DNA from: an uncultured cyanobacterium
Lineage (GTDB): Bacteria > Cyanobacteriota > Cyanobacteriia > Cyanobacteriales > Nostocaceae
Direction of reading: 5' to 3'
NCBI GenBank assembly: GCA_963706595.1
Contig: OY970166.1
Coordinates: forward strand, 4,576,001 to 4,640,000
DNA: 64,000 nt
The position numbers and the translations under genes are program-made. The notes under the pieces are model-generated. The model did no database searches. It saw only the letters and a list, made by a program, of their open reading frames with translations, and was not told the DNA's origin. Positions 59,308-64,000 of the stretch are shown one piece after another. Within the stretch, counting starts at the first letter, position 1. Every line of letters begins with the position of its first letter.

Positions 59308-60585
59308 ATGCTTTACGGATGTCAGCAAAATTTAATTAGTCCAGACAACAAACTAAAAGCTTTGCTTGAATATGTTTGTACAGAAGCAAATAACTTGATT
59401 AATTGTGGAGTTTATTACAGTCGTCAATATTATTTTAAGACTGGCAAATTTCCTAGCAAAGCTGATTTACATAAACAATTAGGCACTATTCAGAAAAACA
59501 AGCACTATCAAGCTTTGTACTCTGATACAGCGCAGCAAATATTAACTGGAGTGGCTGAGTCCTTTAAGTCCTACGTGGGGCTGCTAAAAGGTATAAAAAA
59601 AGGAACTGTTACTCAAAAGCCAAGATTACCAAATTACAGAGTATCGGGTGGTTTAGCATTAGCAACTTTCACCGGACGCTCTCTTCAATTAAAAGACGGA
59701 AAAATACGGTTTCCGCTAGGTAGTTTGGTGAAAACCTGGTTTGGTGTGGATGCGTTTTATCTCCCAATGCCATCAAACCTGGATTTTAAATCTATTAGAG
59801 AAGTGAGAATCTTACCGCGAAACAGGTGTTTTTATGCCGAGTTTGTTGATCAACAACAGAGAGAAACTATCGAACTTGATAAATCAAAAGTTTTAGGGAT
59901 TGACCACGGAATAAACAATTGGCTAACCTGTGTTTCTAATGTAGGTACGTCCTTTATTGTGGATGGATTACATCTCAAAAGCTTAAATCAGTGGTACAAC
60001 AAATCGGTCGCCAAAATCAAAGAGAATAAACCTCAAGGTTTTTGGTCTAACAGACTTGCGGCAATCACAGAAAGGCGTAATAGACAGATGCGCGAGGCTG
60101 TAAATAAAGCAGCGAGAATTGTAATCAACCACTGCTTAGAAAACAAAATTGGTTCAATTGTTTTTGGTTGGAATACAGGTCAGAAAGACAGTGCTGATAT
60201 GGGTAAAAAGAACAATCAAAAGTTTGTTCAAATCCCCACAGCCAAACTAAAAAACCGGATTGAACAGTTCTGTGAAGAATCCGGAATAGATTTTATTGAA
60301 ACCGAAGAAAGCTATACCTCAAAATCATCGTTTTTAGATAATGATGTTCTACCTACATTTGGTGCAAAACCCGAAAGGTGGAAAAGTAGTGGTATCAGAA
60401 CAAATCGCGGTTTGTTTAAAACTTTAACTGGAATCAAAATAAATGCAGATTGTAACGGTGCTGCAAATATTATCCGCAAAGTAGCTACAATATTTAAGTT
60501 TAACTTAAGTGGAGTAGGTAGAGGCTGTTTGAGTCAGCCTAAGAAAGTTCTTTTATGGACTCTTCAGAAATCTCAGTGTCTTTAG
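59308..60585 (+). CDS. tnpB: RNA-guided endonuclease TnpB (variant without zinc finger)
   Basis: GIDHG, IVFGWN, TEESYTSK and NADCNGAANI motifs. Confidence 0.9.
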   Translation: MLYGCQQNLISPDNKLKALLEYVCTEANNLINCGVYYSRQYYFKTGKFPSKADLHKQLGTIQKNKHYQALYSDTAQQILTGVAESFKSYVGLLKGIKKGTVTQKPRLPNYRVSGGLALATFTGRSLQLKDGKIRFPLGSLVKTWFGVDAFYLPMPSNLDFKSIREVRILPRNRCFYAEFVDQQQRETIELDKSKVLGIDHGINNWLTCVSNVGTSFIVDGLHLKSLNQWYNKSVAKIKENKPQGFWSNRLAAITERRNRQMREAVNKAARIVINHCLENKIGSIVFGWNTGQKDSADMGKKNNQKFVQIPTAKLKNRIEQFCEESGIDFIETEESYTSKSSFLDNDVLPTFGAKPERWKSSGIRTNRGLFKTLTGIKINADCNGAANIIRKVATIFKFNLSGVGRGCLSQPKKVLLWTLQKSQCL

Positions 60586-60700
60586 ACCTGAGAAGCTTAA
60601 AATTAAAAATTCCTCAGACTTTTTTGGCATTTTTAATTGTGATTTACCCATATTCTCAGTGAAACACAGAACCACCCCCAGGTGGGCTGAACACAATCGA

Positions 60701-61420
60701 TTAATCGAGATTTTCCGGAAACAACAGCTCATTTAACCAATTTTCTAGCTGTAAACGCAATCGGTAACCAGACATATTTTTGCGATCTAGTCCGGGTAGT
60801 TGAGTCAGGGCGCGACGATAATCAGCGATCGCACAATTCCAATCACCCCAAAGATGATAAGTTCTGCCCCGTTCTGCCCAAATATGACCTTCTAACTGCC
60901 CGAAAAGCATTGCCACCTCAAAAGTCTCAATCGCCTCTTCGTACTGCCCCAAATCACGTAAAGTAATCCCTCTGTTAATCCGCGCCCGCACATAACTAGG
61001 ATTTAAATCAATTGCTTGGTCGTAATCAGCCAGTGCGGCGGCGAATTCCTCACACGCTGCATGGTAATTGGCTCGATTGTTATAAGCGCTAGCTAAATTG
61101 GGGTTTAATTGCAGTGCTGTGTTGTAATCACCCAAAGCTTTTGGCATTTCGCCACTCTGAAAATAAATCAAGCCCCGGTTGTTGTAATCAACGGAGTTTT
61201 GCGGACGGCGCGCGATTAATTCGGTGAGTAAGGCGATCGCCTCAGTATAATTTCCTTGTCGAGCTGAACTCAAAGCACAAGAGCGTAAGTAGTCGTCTCC
61301 TAAAGCAGATCCACCCTTACCGTTTTTCTCATGCTCATTAGCATAAACAGTACTATTTGACACAAACTTGTATCGATTATTTGGCTGGTTTCCAGAAGCT
61401 AAAAATGAATGAATATTCAT
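60701..61420 (-). CDS. TPR repeat protein
   Basis: Repeated YNNRG/A...A..DY..A..L.P pattern. Confidence 0.88.
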   Translation of the reverse strand: MNIHSFLASGNQPNNRYKFVSNSTVYANEHEKNGKGGSALGDDYLRSCALSSARQGNYTEAIALLTELIARRPQNSVDYNNRGLIYFQSGEMPKALGDYNTALQLNPNLASAYNNRANYHAACEEFAAALADYDQAIDLNPSYVRARINRGITLRDLGQYEEAIETFEVAMLFGQLEGHIWAERGRTYHLWGDWNCAIADYRRALTQLPGLDRKNMSGYRLRLQLENWLNELLFPENLD

Positions 61421-61870
61421 ATTGTATTGCCTGAGCTACTTGCTCTTTAAAATCAAATTACAGTTTTAGTCGTGATGGTAGTTTTGCCCCTGTGTCAGTT
61501 CTTCAGGTGTCTATAATTACTTTCGTTTCGGTAGCAATACTGTTTTAAGCTCCGACATCAAAAAGTCGAAGACTTTACCTTACTTAAATAATTAATGCTC
61601 GAACCTAATAATTAATACGTCACCCATAAGTTAAATTCCAGAAAGAATAAATATCAATCTTCAAGACTAATCAAGTAGTGACAGCAACAAATTGGTAGAA
61701 TGCCAACAAGCCCTTCACATTTAGCTGATTGTCGGTCAGCCCCAAGTCCATAGCTACTGGCTGTTTGGCGGAGGATGAACGGCGGTAAGTGCAGGTGTGT
61801 CCCCTAACTAATGCTGTAGGCTATGGAAGAGGACAGCACTGCATAATTTTTAAGTGTTGAGAAAATTTTT

Positions 61871-62335
61871 ATGACAACAGCAATTTCCTATCAAAATGCC
61901 CCTGACTTAGCTGCTGACGATTATATAGTTATAGGTCTATCAACCTGTTTTATCAAGGAAGACGGGGAAGTTTATCAAGTTGAAGTTGTAGAACCAATTC
62001 CCTCTGCGGCTTTAGAAGCTTTGTTAAAAGGTATTCCCACGTCCTATCACCTGGCTTGTGCAACCACCCTAGAATCTGTGCTGGATGGTGATACACCTCT
62101 GTTACCCGATGGCTTTCCAGATTCAACTCAGTTTGGCGAAGAGTTTGCCCTGCGGGCATTTGCGGCGGCTCGCACCTACAAGCGTCGTGAAATTGCCAAG
62201 TCACTAATTCCCCTGGGTACAACCTACACTGATTTTAAATATTCAACTGAGCGTAAGCGGGTACTCAATGCTGCTAGAGTTGTCAATAAAGAAGACAACG
62301 TGAAACAACATTCCCACACTCACAAAGTTCTTTAA
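61871..62335 (+). CDS. Conserved cyanobacterial hypothetical protein
   Basis: 154-aa ORF in an operon with GST. Confidence 0.7.
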   Translation: MTTAISYQNAPDLAADDYIVIGLSTCFIKEDGEVYQVEVVEPIPSAALEALLKGIPTSYHLACATTLESVLDGDTPLLPDGFPDSTQFGEEFALRAFAAARTYKRREIAKSLIPLGTTYTDFKYSTERKRVLNAARVVNKEDNVKQHSHTHKVL

Positions 62336-62347
62336 TTTAAAGTCATT

Positions 62348-62902
62348 ATGCTGAAACTTTACGGCGGCGCTCGTAGTCGAGCCTCAATAGTCCAGTGGTA
62401 TTTGGAAGAACTGGGCGTTGGCTATGAATTTGTGATGTTGGAGATGCAGGCGGGCGAACACAAGCAGCCTGAGTACCTGAAGATTAACCCAATGGGTAAA
62501 GTGCCAGCAATTGTCGATGGCGACTTCCACCTTTGGGAATCTGGGGCGATTTTACTATATCTTGCCGACAAATACGGCAAAACCCCACTTTCACCAGAAG
62601 AGAGGGGTATCTTTTCCCAATGGGTCTTATTTGGCAATGCTACCCTTGCTACGGGCATTTTTGTAGAAGCCAATCGAGAGAAAGAAACGCCCCGCTTGTT
62701 AACTCCCTTGAATGAGATTTTTGAGCGACAATCTTTTGTACTGGGTGATGTATTCACGGTTGCTGATGTAGCCGTGGGGTCTATCCTGGCTTACATCCCC
62801 ATCATGCTCAAGTTAGACCTGAGCGCCTATCCAGCCGTGTTGAACTATATCAAGCGCATATCTGAGCGTCCAGCGTTTCAAAAAAGCATTGGCGGCGGTT
62901 AG
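62348..62902 (+). CDS. Glutathione S-transferase
   Basis: INPMGKVPAI, LWESGAILLYL and FTVADV motifs. Confidence 0.93.
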   Translation: MLKLYGGARSRASIVQWYLEELGVGYEFVMLEMQAGEHKQPEYLKINPMGKVPAIVDGDFHLWESGAILLYLADKYGKTPLSPEERGIFSQWVLFGNATLATGIFVEANREKETPRLLTPLNEIFERQSFVLGDVFTVADVAVGSILAYIPIMLKLDLSAYPAVLNYIKRISERPAFQKSIGGG

Positions 62903-62939
62903 CGAAAATCATAAATATTAATATAGGGTAGAAAAAATT

Positions 62940-63328
62940 GGCGTTGCTGATTTGAAGTATGAACACGATTTGTGATCATGTCAAAACCCCTGTAGAGACG
63001 TTCCATGGAACGTCTCTACATTTATAGCAACCGCTAAGGAGGTTAAGACATAAACGGATAATCAAACTTAGAGAATGTTTGAAAAGTTTTGGGCGAATAT
63101 AATTCGCTACTACACAGCCAAAGTCCACCTCCGTGGACTAATGAAAAAATGGGATTTTTAACCCGCGCAGGCGGGTTTAGTTTGTATAGCCGCGACTTCT
63201 AGTCGCCAGGGCTGTAATAAATTAGACTTTTCAAACAACCTCTTAGACACCATTCGGGTTTTAACCCACTCCCCACTCCCTACTCCCCACTCCCCAGCTA
63301 TCAATTCATACTTTGTTTGAGCAACGCC
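62940..63328. mobile_element. Second copy of the 45487 MITE, carrying nested insertions
   Basis: GGCGTTGCTGA ... AGCAACGCC ends and the same internal palindrome; nested element 63068-63245 with TTTGAAAAGT/ACTTTTCAAA ends. Confidence 0.75.
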
Positions 63329-63351
63329 AAAAAATCTACCCTATAAATTTT

Positions 63352-63843
63352 TTAACGGTAATTAGTAAATTGCAAAGCCACAGGAAAATCTTCTTGTTTT
63401 ACCCGTTGCATCACACCTTGTAAATCATCCTTAGCTTTAGCTGAAACCCGCACAGCATCACCTTGAATTGAGGCTTGGACTTTTTTAAACTCGTCCCTAA
63501 TCAATTTGGAAATTTGTTTAGCAATTTCCTGACTGATACCTTTTTTGAGGGTGATTTCTTGACGGACACGATTACCACTAGCTGATTCAACTTTGCCAAA
63601 CTCAAAAATTTTCTGAGAAAGGTTACGCTTGGCGGCTTTTTCTCGGAGGATGGTGTGAATAGAATCTAAGGTAAACTCGCTGTCAGTGCTGACATTAATG
63701 CTTTCCTCTTTTAACTCCAGTGTAGTTTGAGTATCTTTTAGGTCGTAGCGACCTTTGATATCTCGCACAACTTGATCGATAGTATTCACTAATTCTTGTC
63801 GGTCAAAGTCGCTTACAATGTCAAAGGAATATGTAGAAGCCAT
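63352..63843 (-). CDS. yajQ: YajQ-family cyclic-di-GMP-binding protein
   Basis: [19 protein letters not shown] and LQFTNYR motifs. Confidence 0.93.
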   Translation of the reverse strand: MASTYSFDIVSDFDRQELVNTIDQVVRDIKGRYDLKDTQTTLELKEESINVSTDSEFTLDSIHTILREKAAKRNLSQKIFEFGKVESASGNRVRQEITLKKGISQEIAKQISKLIRDEFKKVQASIQGDAVRVSAKAKDDLQGVMQRVKQEDFPVALQFTNYR

Positions 63844-64000
63844 AAACAATTTTAGATTTTAGATTTTAGATTTTAGACTGGAGAACCGCCTGGGGGGAAG
63901 TCAAAAGTCACAAGTCAAAAGTCAAAAGTCAAAAAAACTTTCTTTCCCCACTCCCAACTCCCCACTCCCCACTCCCCCGGTTACTGAGCGTAGTCGAAGT

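Larger units (their letters stand above)
59004..60600 (+). mobile_element. IS200/IS605-family element: small divergent ORF + TnpB, no tnpA (ends approximate)
   Basis: Related end hairpins CTCAGTCACTTCAGTGCTGAG (left) and CTCAGTGTCTTTAGACCTGAG (right). Confidence 0.65.

Noticed and set aside
61765..61785. Glutamine (glnA) riboswitch on the minus strand (CGTTCATCCTC)
   Set aside because: Only the 5' few bases resemble the motif as I recall it; the downstream conserved segments are absent.
1..64000. HIP1 (GCGATCGC) abundance as a novel repeat
   Set aside because: Well-known cyanobacterial highly iterated palindrome; used only as a taxonomic clue.

Overview
Window from a heterocyst-forming (Nostocales-like) cyanobacterium, judged from abundant HIP1 (GCGATCGC) sites, heptamer STRR repeats, psaM, crtR and a CAAD-containing ValRS. 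Positions 1-~10,840 are the right part of an integrated phage/plasmid-like element. It carries a collagen/coiled-coil fibre gene, small putative structural genes, a catalytic-domain-only tyrosine recombinase, an HTH replication-like gene, KGK and RHH genes, and at its right end an IS110-family DEDD recombinase. Upstream of that recombinase lies a non-coding region with two identically built internal loops, the architecture of a bridge RNA. One guide from each loop together spells the hybrid site AGACTGAAGATGG found 63 bp after the recombinase stop (10834-10846). I did not find the predicted left junction (TTAGTGAATCACC) in the window by eye. This suggests that the RNA-guided recombinase integrates the whole >10.8 kb element rather than only itself. 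The rest is mostly core genome (plsY, sppA, aroH, crtR, pyk, gloB, a glycosyltransferase cluster, rplI, dnaB, recN, valS, psaM, yajQ). It is interrupted by two TnpB-only IS200/IS605 elements, a decayed diversity-generating retroelement (SEFIR/TIR-FGE target, avd, truncated RT, no TR), a GxxExxY gene inside perfect 46-bp inverted repeats, an orphan papain-fold toxin/immunity pair, nested MITEs and small dispersed repeats. All calls come from reading motifs by eye; no database searches were run.
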